Shown here: positions 10,385 through 20,845 of the stretch, piece by piece
How positions within the stretch are numbered: the first letter of the stretch is position 1
Layout: every line of letters starts with the position of its first letter
Origin: Prasinococcaceae sp. CCMP 1430
Taxonomy: Eukaryota; Plantae; Prasinodermophyta
Assembly: GCA_013416795.1 (NCBI GenBank)
Contig: RQSC01000858.1
Coordinates: 1 to 64,000 of the forward strand
Direction: 5' to 3'
Length of the DNA: 64,000 bases
Program-made: the position numbers and the translations under genes
Notes under the pieces: generated by a model
Databases searched by the model: none
What the model saw: only the letters and a program-made list of their open reading frames with translations
What the model was told of the DNA's origin: nothing

Positions 10385-11820
10385 GGCGCCCGTGCGGCTG
10401 CTCTTGGTGGCCATGCAGGTGCAGCGCGCTCGGCGCCGCCGTGCGCGGGCGCGCGGGCGCGTCGGCGCTGGGCGAGACTGAGCTGCCGCTCTCTACTGGC
10501 AGGCCGCGACTCGTCGTGCTCGGGACGGGCTGGGGTGGGGCACGCATCGCGCGAGACATCTCCTGCGATCTGTACGACCTTACCATCATCTCGCCGCGCA
10601 ACCACATGGTATTCACGCCGCTGCTCGCAGCGACGACGGTTGGCACGCTCGAGCTGCAGAGTGTCGTCGAGCATGTGCGACACTTGCAGCCCGCGCTGCG
10701 CAGGCCTCAGAACCACTTCTGCATCAGCAAGGCCACCGCCGTCGACGCCGAGCGTAAGGTGGTCACTTGCAGGGCGCACGACGGCCTCGAATTCGAGCTT
10801 GGCTACGACAAGCTGGCAATAGCAACGGGTGCCGCGGGCTCCACCTTCGGCATCCCTGGCGTGCGCGAGTACGCACTCCCGCTGCGCGACGCGCGCGATG
10901 CTGCTGCAGTGCGCGACAAGCTGCTCGGCATCGTCTCGCTCGCGAATACGCCGACACGCCGCGTCCAGGACCGCATTAAGCTGCTCAGCGTGGTGATCGT
11001 GGGCGGCGGGCCCACCGGCGTCGAGTTTGCCGGCGAGCTCGCCTCGTTCATCCGTGAGGACCTGGCCAAATTCAACCCGGACGTGGGTGCCGGCATGAAA
11101 GTGACTTTGGTAGAGGGCAATGAGCTGCTTGGCTCGTTCGATCACACGCTCAGAACATATGCAGCGAGCAGGCTGATGCACGCGGGCGTCCACCTGGTCA
11201 AAGGCACCGTGGAACGGGTCACGCCTAGCAGCGTCGAGCTCAAGGACGGCTCCAGCCTCCCGTTCGGCATGCTCGTATGGAGCACGGGAGTAGGTCCGAC
11301 GACTTTCACCCGCTCGATGCCCTTTGTTAGAGGGACGAGTGGGAGGCTGGCGGTCGACGGACGTCTGAATGTGACCGATGCAAAGGGTGGGGGGCTGTTG
11401 GCCGACGTGTTTGCGCTCGGTGACTGCGCGACCAACGAGGCCGAGCCGCTGCCGCCTCTGGCGCAGGTGGCTGAACAGCAGGGCAAGTTCGTCGCTAAGC
11501 TCCTCAACGATGACGCCAAAGGCGAGGACGTGTCCGAGCGCGAGTTCTCTTACCGACACTTGGGGGCGATGGCGGCTCTCACCACGGGTGAGGCGGTCAT
11601 TGAGGTCGGACGTGACAAACGCTTCACCATGACGGGCCTGCTCTCGTTCCTCGCGTGGCGCTCGGCCTACCTCACGCGCCTGGGCACCTGGCGGAGCCGC
11701 ATTCACGTGGCAATCGACTGGTTCACGACGCTGTGCTTAGGCCGCGACATGAGCCGCGTGGGAGTCCGGGCGGCCGCCGATGTGGAGCGCGCGCGCGCCA
11801 CGCCTCCCCCCCCGCGATAG
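10383..11820 (+). CDS. Type II (alternative) NAD(P)H:quinone oxidoreductase, NDA-like; start uncertain
   Basis: RPRLVVLGTGWGG, SPRNHMVFTPLL..TTVGTLE, YDKLAIATGA, IVGGGPTGVEFAGEL, ALGDCA, AQVAEQQG, WRSAYLTRL. No EF-hand. No in-frame ATG precedes the first motif. Confidence 0.9.
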
Positions 11821-12044
11821 TGTTGCGCGCACGCAACGCCATCCCAGCCCGCACGTGCCCGATTGTGATTCTCTGTTTACTTTGGCAGGCTTCGCACACG
11901 CAGCCTGCAGGCCAGCAGCGGTGCACCGGCATGCCGCCCGCCCTTGCGCGTCGCGCGTTTGCAGCGTCGGCATCGCGTCGCGGCGCTACGGATGCTTGCG
12001 CGCACTATTCTGCCTGGCCCACGCGCGCGCGCGCGCTCTAGCGG

Positions 12045-13080
12045 CTACACGACGGTCTGTCCTTGCCGGGGATCCTCTTCGCGCCCCCCGGCGCCGCCGA
12101 GGGACATGAGCCTCCTGGCGGCCTCCTCGGCCACGCGCTTCGACGCCTCCGTGCGCGCCGTGGCCTCTTCCCATCCCACTGGCCTGTCGAACGCGTGATC
12201 CGTGTCGAGCAGCGTCCACCACGCGCCCGCCGTCGCCGCCGCCATCGCCGCCTTGTGGCCCGCCAGCGCCGTCTTCCAGCGCGCGGCGGACATGCCCTTG
12301 GTGAAGCTCTTTGGGGCGGCGTTAAGAGGCAGCTCTTCCAGCGTGCTCGGGCCACACCGCAGCGAGGTGTGCAGCGCCGCCGCGGCGCCAAGCGCCTCCT
12401 CGCCCTGGGCGGCCACGCCGCGCGCCTCGGCGCGGCCCTCCTGGAAGGCCGCCCACATGCGCGCCGCGTCGGCACGCGCGCTCTCTTTGGCATCCTCGGC
12501 GGCCGCCTCCCACGCGGGGCGCCCCGCGTCGCGCGCGAGGCTCGTGCTCACTTTGCGCGTCGCGAGCTGCCACGCCCCTCCGGCGCGCTCGTGCGCCCCT
12601 TCGCCCTCGCGCCTGCGCGCCGCGAGGTACGCCGACAGCGTCGCCTTCTCCTCCGATGTGGGCCCTCCCCGCGCCCCCCCCGCGCCCTCGATGCGCGCGG
12701 CCGCGCGGCGCCGGACCGTCTCTGCCGCCCGCGCGAGCGCCTCGCCGCTCGGATGCGCGGGCGCGGGCGCCGCCGCTCCCGCCCCCTCGCGAGCGCGGCT
12801 CCCCACCGCGTCCTTCGCGAGCGCCCCGCCGCCTTTGGCCTCCTTGGCCTCCTTGTAGCGCTGCTGGATGTAGGCCGCCGCGTTGTCGAGCTTGCGTTCC
12901 TCCGCGGCGCGGCGGTGCGCGGCGGCCTTGCGCGCGGCCTTAGCGCGCCACATGGCCTGGATGTAGCGCACCGCCTGCTCGGTGCGGATGGCCTCCACGC
13001 TTCCCGCCTCGCCCAGCGCCTCGGCGGCGCTCAGGCCCCGCAGCGACGCGAGCACGGCCTCGGAGGCGCGCACGCGCGCG
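12045..13080 (-). CDS. IQ-motif-containing hypothetical protein, 5' end lost in gap
   Basis: The frame is open from the gap to the stop at 12045 and has two IQ-like motifs (IQAMWRAKAAR, IQQRYKEAK) and helical Ala/Glu/Arg-rich composition. Confidence 0.6.
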
Positions 13081-13125
13081 NNNNNNNNNNNNNNNNNNNN
13101 NNNNNNNNNNNNNNNNNNNNNNNNN
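13081..13125. other. Assembly gap (45 N)
   Basis: Run of N in the sequence. Confidence 1.
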
Positions 13126-13704
13126 CCCCCAACCACACCATCTCTAGCGCGCACACGCACACGCACACGCACACGCATCCCCCCACCCCCCCACACCCGC
13201 CCGCCGACCCCACACACAGCGCGCGCGCGCGCGCATTTTCGAACGCGGCGCGCGACGCGGGTCGAGAAGTTAGGGTCCAGCGCCCGAATTGCACTCGCCT
13301 TCGAATGAATATAAATCCGCAGGCTCCGCCGGCGAGGAAACGGAGCCGCGCGGGCGAACGGTTCGGGTTTGCGTAGCGCGTCGGATTTCGCTTCCGTTGG
13401 GTCGGGGATCGAGATTGATATGATGGTATATAGATCAGCTATGATGCGGAATTCATGGACGTTTTTGTTGGTTGTGTTTTGGGTTTTGCGTTCGACGTCA
13501 TGCGTCATGGCGCGCGGCGCTGGTATCGCGCAGCCGCCGCGGCCGCGACGCACGATGCCTGCAGGGGGGCAGGGCAGTGGAGGGCGCCAGAGGGAGGGCA
13601 CGGCACGGAGGGGGCGTGTGTGTAGGTGGGGTGGATCGAGGCGATGGCACACGCGCGGCCGGTGCAGCGCGCCCACCTCTCGCGTGGCCACGGCGGCCCG
13701 CGCG

Positions 13705-15190
13705 ATGTCGTGTGCGTCGTTCGGCGCGCGCTGTCGCAGCGTGGAGGAGTTCAAGCCGGTGCGGACGCGCGCCGACGCCGGCGCCCACGCGCTCCTGCGC
13801 CCGCGCGTGCGCTTCGTTTGTGTGCAGAGCCTCCGCCTGACTGCCAGCGCTCCCTCCTCTCTCCTGCGGTGCGCTCCCTCCAGCTGAACCACATCGACGA
13901 GGGCACGTATGGCGTGGTGTGGCGAGCGGAGGACGAGCGCACAGGCGAGGTCGTCGCACTCAAACGCGTCAAGATGGAGAAGGAGCGCGAGGGCTTTCCC
14001 CTGACGGGCGTGCGAGAATTCAACACGCTGCTGCGATGCAACCACCCCAATCTTATCAACGTGAAGGAGGTGGTGGTGGGCTCACGCGACAAAATCTACA
14101 TGGTCATGGAATACGTCGAGCACGACCTGCGCAACGTCATGGACGCCATGCGTACGCCATTCTCGCTGCCCGAGGCCAAGTGCATCATGCGTCAATTGCT
14201 TTCAGGCATCGCTTACCTGCACGATCAGTGGGTGCTGCACCGTGACATCAGTTGAGTGAGAAAGCCACCGCCGCCGCCACGCCCAAAACCGCCGCGGCCG
14301 CGCGAGGCCATGCGGCGCTTCGCAGCGCCGCCCGGCCGGTCGGGCCCATGCACTGACGCGTCCGCGTCCACCTCGCGCTCCGCGCGTCGCCCTGCGCGTG
14401 CAGAGACTTCCAATATCCTGTACTCGAACAAGGGCGAGGTGAAAATATGTGACTTTGGCCTCGCGCGTCAGTACGGCGAGCCGCTTCGCGCGTACACTCC
14501 TGTGGTGGTCACCCTGTGGTACCGTGCGCCCGAGCTGCTGCTCGGCGCGGACCACTACTCGACGCCCATCGACGTGTTTTCGCTGGGGTGCGTGATGGCG
14601 GAGCTCTTGCAGGGCAAGACGCTCTTCAACGGGAAGGGCGAGCTGGAGCAGCTCGGGCAGATGGTCGACCTGCTGGGTTCGCCCACCGAGCGCGACTGGC
14701 CGACGCGCGGGCGCAAAGGCGAGCCCGGATACGTGCCGGGCATCCTGGACCTGCCTGGGCTGACGGGCGCTGGCACTGGCGCGCGGCTGCGCCACCAGCC
14801 GCACTTCCGGCTACGAGAAAAGTTTCCCAAACACTCGTTCCACGGCGGGCCGACTCTCTCGGACGCGGGCTTCGACCTGCTCGAGTCGATGCTCAGGTGG
14901 GACCCTCTGGCGAGGCCGACGGCAGCCGAGGTGCGCGAGCGCGCACCCGAGCCGGTGCGGGCAGCCCCGCATGGGCAGCGCCTGCAGCACAGCCGCTGGC
15001 TACCTCTCTCTCCCGCGCGCGCTGACCGTGCGCTCCTGCCGCGCCCCCCCAGGCGCTGCGCCACCCGTGGTTTCAGGAGGCGCCGCTCGCGAAGGACCCG
15101 TCGCTCATGCCGACGTTCCCGAGCAAGCACGAGCGCCGCCACCGCGCGGCCCCCTCCCACGCGCCCGCCGCGGACTTCGACTCGACGTGA
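13705..15190 (+). CDS. CDKG: Cyclin-dependent kinase, CDKG/CDK11 family, 4 exons (13705-13758, 13884-14250, 14404-14930, 15053-15190)
   Basis: CRSVEEFKP|[39 protein letters not shown]|[40 protein letters not shown]. An in-frame upstream ATG at 13507 is possible. Confidence 0.9.
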
Positions 15191-15667
15191 GCGCGGCGCG
15201 GAGCATGTGTACACCCCCAACCCCCTCTTGTAAACTAGCTCGCCTTGCTGCGGCAGAGTGATGGTACCATCGATGGTATTGCACTGCACTGTACCGTGCC
15301 ACGCGGCATGGGCCTGTGACAACACACGCCCTCCACACACACACACACACAAAAAAAAACAGCAAAAAAAAAATCCTTTGGCGGCTCTAGCGTTGGCCGG
15401 AGTTCAAAATCCGCCGCGGATTTCGCGCGCGTCCGCCCCGGCGATTCAGTGCTTTGCGCATTCAGCCGTGGTGCAATTCGGCGCGCATCCAAGAGGAGCG
15501 CGCGATCGCGCGGCAGCGAGGTCGTCGTCCGCTGCCATCTGGTCTTCCTCCTCGGAGTCTCCGTCAAAAAGCGCACTCGGAGTGGCGGGGCCTCCGCACC
15601 GCACGGTGCCACCCCCCAGCGGGGCCACACGGAGCGCGGAGCGCGGGGCGCGGGGCGCGGGCGCGCG

Positions 15668-16861
15668 ATGGTGTGGCCCTTCGGCAGGGGTTCGAAGGAC
15701 GCCGCAAAGGTGCGCCCGCGCGCCACCGCCCGCGCGCGCGAGAGAGAGGGAGAGCGACGGCCGGCGGCGTGCTGACGCCGCGGCCCCGTGCGCCGCGCGC
15801 TGCGCACCCCCGGAACGCCAACCACCGCCACCGCACACACGCACACCCACACACCCACACCTGGCGACTCGCAGGCGTCCGACGAGACCATCAAGGACGC
15901 ATCGGCGGTGCCCGCCGCTCAGGCCCCCGAGCCCGCGCAAGGTGCGTGCGCAGGGACGGCGCCGCGCCGCTGGCCCTCCTTTTTGTGGCTCCGGCGTCGC
16001 CAACCTGCTCCTCCAGGGGGAACCCTAGCGCGTGAACGCCGGCGGCGCCGGCTGCTACTGCGCGCAGCGCTGGCTGCCACCGCGCGCAGCGCCGGCTGCC
16101 GCTGCGCCACGACAGGGCGCGCCGCGCTAAGCAGCGAGGCGGGTGGCGCGCGCGCTGACATGCCGTGCGTCATACTCGCCGCTCCCTGCGCCCGTGCGCC
16201 CGACGCCCGCGCGGGACTGCGTACCCATCCACCATCGCAATCGCGCCCGGCGCCGCGCCGCCCTGCAGCGTCCTCCGGACGACGGCTGCACAACCCGTAC
16301 GCGGACTTGAACCTGGCCGGCGTGTCGCCTGGCACAATCGACACGAAGGCTTACAGGGTGTCCAGAGCCCCGGAGTTCCTGTTTCAGGAGGAAGCCAAGG
16401 TGAAGACGCGCTCGTGGAGCGAGAACGTGACGTACTACACCGGCATGGGTTGGGCTGGTGGCGCGTTGGTCGGCGCGTCGGTCGGCGCCGTCGCCGCGCT
16501 TCGCGCGCCGGCGGTGGCGTCCGCTGCGGCAGGGGGGGGCGTGGGTGCGATTCCGCAGAGCGAGCGCCTTGCTCGCACACTGCGGTACAACCGCGTGCTC
16601 AACGCAGCCGGTTCCAACGGGCGCAAGATCTCCAATATCCTCGGCACGCTCGGGCTACTGTACGCGTTCGCAGAGAGCGGGTTGCAGTATGCGCGCGACG
16701 GAGAGGACGACTGGATGAACACAGTCGCCGCTGGTGTGGCAACTGGCGGCCTGTATCGCGCGGGCGCGGGGCCGGTGCACGCTGCCAGAGGAGCCGTCGC
16801 CGGCGCAGGAGCGGGCGCCGTGGCTGCGGCGCTCAAGGCCGCGATGAGCTACCTCGAGTGA
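15668..16861 (+). CDS. TIM23: Mitochondrial inner-membrane translocase Tim23, 3 exons (15668-15709, 15875-15941, 16269-16861)
   Basis: HNPYADL..PEFLFQEE..RSWSENVTYYTG, LRYNRVLNAAG, NILGTLGLLYAFAES, DDWMNTVAAG match plant TIM23. Splice phases are consistent. Confidence 0.85.
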
Positions 16862-17144
16862 GCCCGCAAGGGCTGGCGCGCACGCACGCACGCACGCACG
16901 CACATTTTTTGTCCCTATCCCTAATAAAAAAACACACGGCGGCGCACATTTGAAGACGCGTGGATCGCCCAGCGCTCGCTTTGGCGCCGCGGGGCGTCGA
17001 GGTTTGTATGCGATCGCGTGCCGTGCTCTTTCTTATCAGGGGGCATCCGCGCGCGCGACGAGTTGTGTCCACGCCTACCATCCAACTCGACAGCAGCTGC
17101 GTATGTCTGCGCCCGCCCATGTCGGCGCCTTGTGCGGGGAGAGC

Positions 17145-19829
17145 TCAATCCTGCTCTTCATACGCCGGGTTGACTGCGAGCATGCGCCCGTTGTGATAGT
17201 GCTCGCCCACGAGCTCCACGTCAGCCGCACTTGGCTCCCCGCCATCGTCCGCCATTACCATCAACATGCCCTCGGCCGCGATGAGGTGCTGCACGACGGC
17301 GCGCGTGAGCGTGGCCTCCTCGCGGGCCTTGGCCTCGTCCACCGACCCCGCCTCGATGAGTCCCCGCACGTGCGCCGCAACGAGCTCCGACTGCTGCACA
17401 CTCTCCTTGCCGCTCTCCTCCGCCTGCCTGAAGCGGATGAGCAGCGACTGCGACACGCGCGAGAAGCGATCCCACGAGATCGACACCGAGGTGCTCTGCT
17501 CCTGCTTCACCGCGGCGCCCTCGCTGCCGTTCATGTCTGTGTCGTCTGCGTCCGCGGCAGCGGCGTCCTCGTCGGCGAGGATGGGGCCGAGCGCGTCGTC
17601 CATGTCTGGCGAGTCCTCCTCAAGGACCACGTCCTCGGTCTCGAGCGCGACGATGGACGTGCGCAGCAGGTTGCGCGCCTCCATCACGTGCCACTCCTTG
17701 ATCTCCTTTGACAGCGTGGCGCGCGCCAGCGCCTCAGACAGCCTCACCATCGCCTCCAGCTGGCGCACGGTCATGCGGTACGCCGAGCCGGAGCCGGGCG
17801 CCGCGTCGGCGTTGCGCAGCTTGCAGTAGCCCTTGACAAGCTCCTTCTTTGCCTCCTCGGTCATCGTGGGCCTAATGCTCCTCGCGTAGCGCACGAATCG
17901 CTGCATCTGGCCGGTGGAGTAGGGCGGGTCGAGCGCGTTGCCGCCCTCCTTGTGGCACGACACGATGTGCCTCGCCACGTTGTAGTCGTGCACCTCGTTG
18001 GGCTCGTCGATCATCACGTGGATGAGGTCGAAGCGCGACATGATGGCGGGCGGTAGCGCCACGTTGTACTTCAGCGGCTTCGAGCGGTCGTAGCGACCGT
18101 CGGTGGGGTTGGCCGCCGCCAGGATCGACGTGCGCGCGTTCAGAGTCGCGTTGATGCCCGCCTTGGCGATCGAAATGGTCTGCTGCTCCATTGCCTCGTG
18201 GATGGCCACCTGATCCTTGACGTCCATCTTGTCGAACTCGTCGATGCAGCAGATGCCGTTGTCTGCGAGCATGAGCGCGCCGGCCTCGATGCAGTACTCG
18301 CCAGTCTCGGGCTCCTTCACCACGGTGGCTGTGAGGCCAGCCGCGCTGCTCGACTTGCCGCTGGTGTAGACTGCGCGCGGCAGGAAGTCGGCGACGTACT
18401 TGAGGAACTGCGACTTGGCGCACGAGGGATCGCCGACGATCGCCACGTTGATGTCGCCGCGCAGGTTGATGCCCTCAGGGGTGCGCTTGTGCATGCCGCC
18501 GAGGAGCATGAGGAGCACCGCACGCTTGATCTCCGGCGCGCCGTGGACGCCGGGTGCGATCGACGCGATGAGGCGCTCGTAGAGCTGCGAGCGCTGCAGG
18601 CGCTTCATCTGCTCGATCTCGGCCGCCTCCTCGTCGGTGAAGGCGTTGTCGGCGGGGACGTCGCCCTCCTGTGTCTGTGTGGCCTCCTCGCGCGCATCGA
18701 CGCCGCCCTTGCCGTCGCCCTTGGTCACCGAGCTCACCTGGAAGCACAGCTTGTAGTTGAGCTCGCGCACACCCAGGCGCTTGAGGCCGGTGACGCCCTG
18801 GTTGGCCTCGCCGCCCGCGCGGCCACCGCGCTCCTTGACCTCCGTGCGCTCGCCGGCCCTCGCGAGCGCGGCCACGTCGGGCACCGCGACGAGCGAGCCC
18901 GTGAACACGCACTTGTCGCCCGCGCGCGCCTGCTCGACGACCTCGTGGCGCAGGATGAGGTCCATCGAGCGCGGCAGCGAGCCCGCGGGCACCTCCTCGG
19001 CGGATTCCTGGCAGCGCACGCGCTGCCAGTCGACGAACTTGCAGCGCTCGGTCAACAGCTTCCACCCCTTGCGGTTGCCGCACGCCGCGTTCGTGCAGAT
19101 GCTCGGCTCGGTGTACGCGAACTGCTGCTCGACGTTGGTGATCACTGTGTTGCACATCGGGCAGGCGAACGCGCCGAACAGGAGCTCGGGGCGCACCTCG
19201 GACGTGCGGGTCACCGTGCCGCGCACCGACACCAAGCGGCCGACGTGCTCCGTGCGCAGCGCGCGCAGCTCGGAGACCTCGGGGAGGTTGTAGAAGGAGA
19301 CGTAGAACTCCTTGTCGCCGTTCTCCTCCTGCAGCATCTGCGGCTGGTGCTGCCTGACGAAGTTCTGCGCGGCCTTGCGCAGGTAGGGCTCGAAGCGGTA
19401 GTACTCGGCGAGGATGGCGTCGTTGGCGAGCACGGCGTCGAACTCGGCCACGTGCGCGAAGTCCACGCGCAGCGTCGAGCTCTCGTCGTCCTTCATCGCC
19501 GCCAGCGCGTCCACGTACGTGCGCGGCTCAGCGCCGGCGCCGCTCGACGCGCCGTCGGAGCGGCTCGCGAGCGAGGAGTCGGCGCCGCCCTCCGGGAAGC
19601 CGTTGAGGAACTCGAGAAACTTGGCCTGCACCTCGACGCCGCCCGCGTCCTCCGCCTGCGGCACGCTCATGTCGGCCGCGGCGCCGATGCCCGGCACCAC
19701 GCCCTCCGCGAGCGGCGACGCCGCGAGCACGTCCGCCATCGCGCGCGCCTGTGGCCCCGTGCGCGAGGTGGGGCGCAGCTGGTAGAAGAGCTGCAGGTAG
19801 GCGGCATCGCCATCACTCGCTGGTGCCAT
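17145..19829 (-). CDS. MCM6: DNA replication licensing factor MCM6, intronless; start 19829 or 19739
   Basis: GDPSCAKSQFLKY, SAAGLTATVVKEPETGEYCIEAGALMLADNGICCIDEFDKM, HEAMEQQTISI, SRFDL, C4 zinc finger. Confidence 0.95.
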   Translation of the reverse strand: MAPASDGDAAYLQLFYQLRPTSRTGPQARAMADVLAASPLAEGVVPGIGAAADMSVPQAEDAGGVEVQAKFLEFLNGFPEGGADSSLASRSDGASSGAGAEPRTYVDALAAMKDDESSTLRVDFAHVAEFDAVLANDAILAEYYRFEPYLRKAAQNFVRQHQPQMLQEENGDKEFYVSFYNLPEVSELRALRTEHVGRLVSVRGTVTRTSEVRPELLFGAFACPMCNTVITNVEQQFAYTEPSICTNAACGNRKGWKLLTERCKFVDWQRVRCQESAEEVPAGSLPRSMDLILRHEVVEQARAGDKCVFTGSLVAVPDVAALARAGERTEVKERGGRAGGEANQGVTGLKRLGVRELNYKLCFQVSSVTKGDGKGGVDAREEATQTQEGDVPADNAFTDEEAAEIEQMKRLQRSQLYERLIASIAPGVHGAPEIKRAVLLMLLGGMHKRTPEGINLRGDINVAIVGDPSCAKSQFLKYVADFLPRAVYTSGKSSSAAGLTATVVKEPETGEYCIEAGALMLADNGICCIDEFDKMDVKDQVAIHEAMEQQTISIAKAGINATLNARTSILAAANPTDGRYDRSKPLKYNVALPPAIMSRFDLIHVMIDEPNEVHDYNVARHIVSCHKEGGNALDPPYSTGQMQRFVRYARSIRPTMTEEAKKELVKGYCKLRNADAAPGSGSAYRMTVRQLEAMVRLSEALARATLSKEIKEWHVMEARNLLRTSIVALETEDVVLEEDSPDMDDALGPILADEDAAAADADDTDMNGSEGAAVKQEQSTSVSISWDRFSRVSQSLLIRFRQAEESGKESVQQSELVAAHVRGLIEAGSVDEAKAREEATLTRAVVQHLIAAEGMLMVMADDGGEPSAADVELVGEHYHNGRMLAVNPAYEEQD

Positions 19830-19955
19830 GCCACGCCGCGCCGCGCCCGCACCCGCGCCCGCCCCCGCGCATGCGCTTTGACACGCCGCCTCCCGCAGGT
19901 CGGAGCGCATTGCGCGCGCGCGACCGCGTGCGTTTCGACACGGTCGCCGGAACGG

Positions 19956-20002
19956 CGGCGGGAAACGCGCGCGCGCGCGCGCGTTTCCCGCCGTTTTCGC
20001 GC
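19956..20002. promoter_or_regulatory. Perfect 38-bp palindrome with two inverted E2F sites (TTTCCCGCC) around a (CG)9 core, plus a third TTTCGCGC site, upstream of MCM6
   Basis: CGGCGGGAAA-(CG)9-TTTCCCGCCG at 19956-19993 and TTTTCGCGC at 19994-20002. The E2F consensus is TTTSSCGS. Confidence 0.75.
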
Positions 20003-20339
20003 GGGGGCGGGGGCGGGGGCGACGGCAGCGCGTCGAAACCCTATTCTATCTTAACCACAAAAATCTCAGTTCAAACCCTGCTACCTACCGACTCCTGTCT
20101 TCTGTGCTGTGCTGTACAGAGGTGAGCTTTAAGATCGTCGCCCTCGCCAGGCGTATTTGCGCCCGCCTAAAAATCGTTCCGGCGCGCGCCGCTTGGCCGG
20201 GGCGCGCCCAGTTTCAACCGCGCTACTCATAGGGACTTTCCGCGCCCCCGCCGGCGCGGCGAGGCGCCGCCGTCGCCGGCCGACCGAGGGGGGGGGGGGC
20301 CAAAAAGCTCACGAGTGCGCGCGTGAAATGCGACATAAA

Positions 20340-20372
20340 GATTTTGATTTTGATTTTGATTTTGATTTTGAT
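20340..20372. repeat. (GATTTT)5 hexamer microsatellite in the MCM6/RNF121 intergenic region
   Basis: Read directly. A similar (ATTTAG)3 lies at 3791-3812. Confidence 0.9.
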
Positions 20373-20845
20373 CTAAAAGTCCGCGCGCGGCGCGCGCTCG
20401 AGGAACGCGCGCAGCGCAGGGTGTGTGCCGGAGCAGTGCCCTCGCGCCAGCCAACGCCCGTGCGCATCCGTGATGTGAAACCTGAATGACGGGCGCGAAC
20501 ACCGCGCTTCCCCCTGATGTTGCGACCATCCGACGTGGCTGACCCCGAGTGCTGTATGGATTAATAACGGACCGCGCGTCCGCCTTGATTTTGCCTATTC
20601 CCGAATTTCCGCGCTCCGAATCTGCGAAAGGCGTTTTTGTGGGTGCAAAATGATCTACCGTTTTGTTTCCCACATCCGAATCTGCGCTCACGTTATCTCG
20701 AAAGAAAACATTGAACTCCGTCGGGCGGCGGCCGCCGGGGGGGGGGCGCGGCAGAGAGCGCCCGGCGGGCGCGGGCTCTGTATAACACACAACCGCGCGG
20801 CTGCGGCGGTGGGGCGCGAGGGGGGGCACGGCCGAGGCGGCCGGC

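Noticed and set aside
18198-20054. Long antisense ORFs over MCM6, GSIII (34224-36170), HSP90B (8561-9421), the cyclophilin (49542-50432) and the flippase (44393-45715)
   Set aside because: These are shadow frames expected from high GC3 codon bias. They mirror well-conserved genes and have no recognisable motifs.
20468-20555. Possible C/D-box snoRNA (TGATG...CTGA...TGATG...CTGA) between MCM6 and RNF121
   Set aside because: No canonical RTGATGA box C, no terminal stem, and no rRNA-complementary guide that I could identify.
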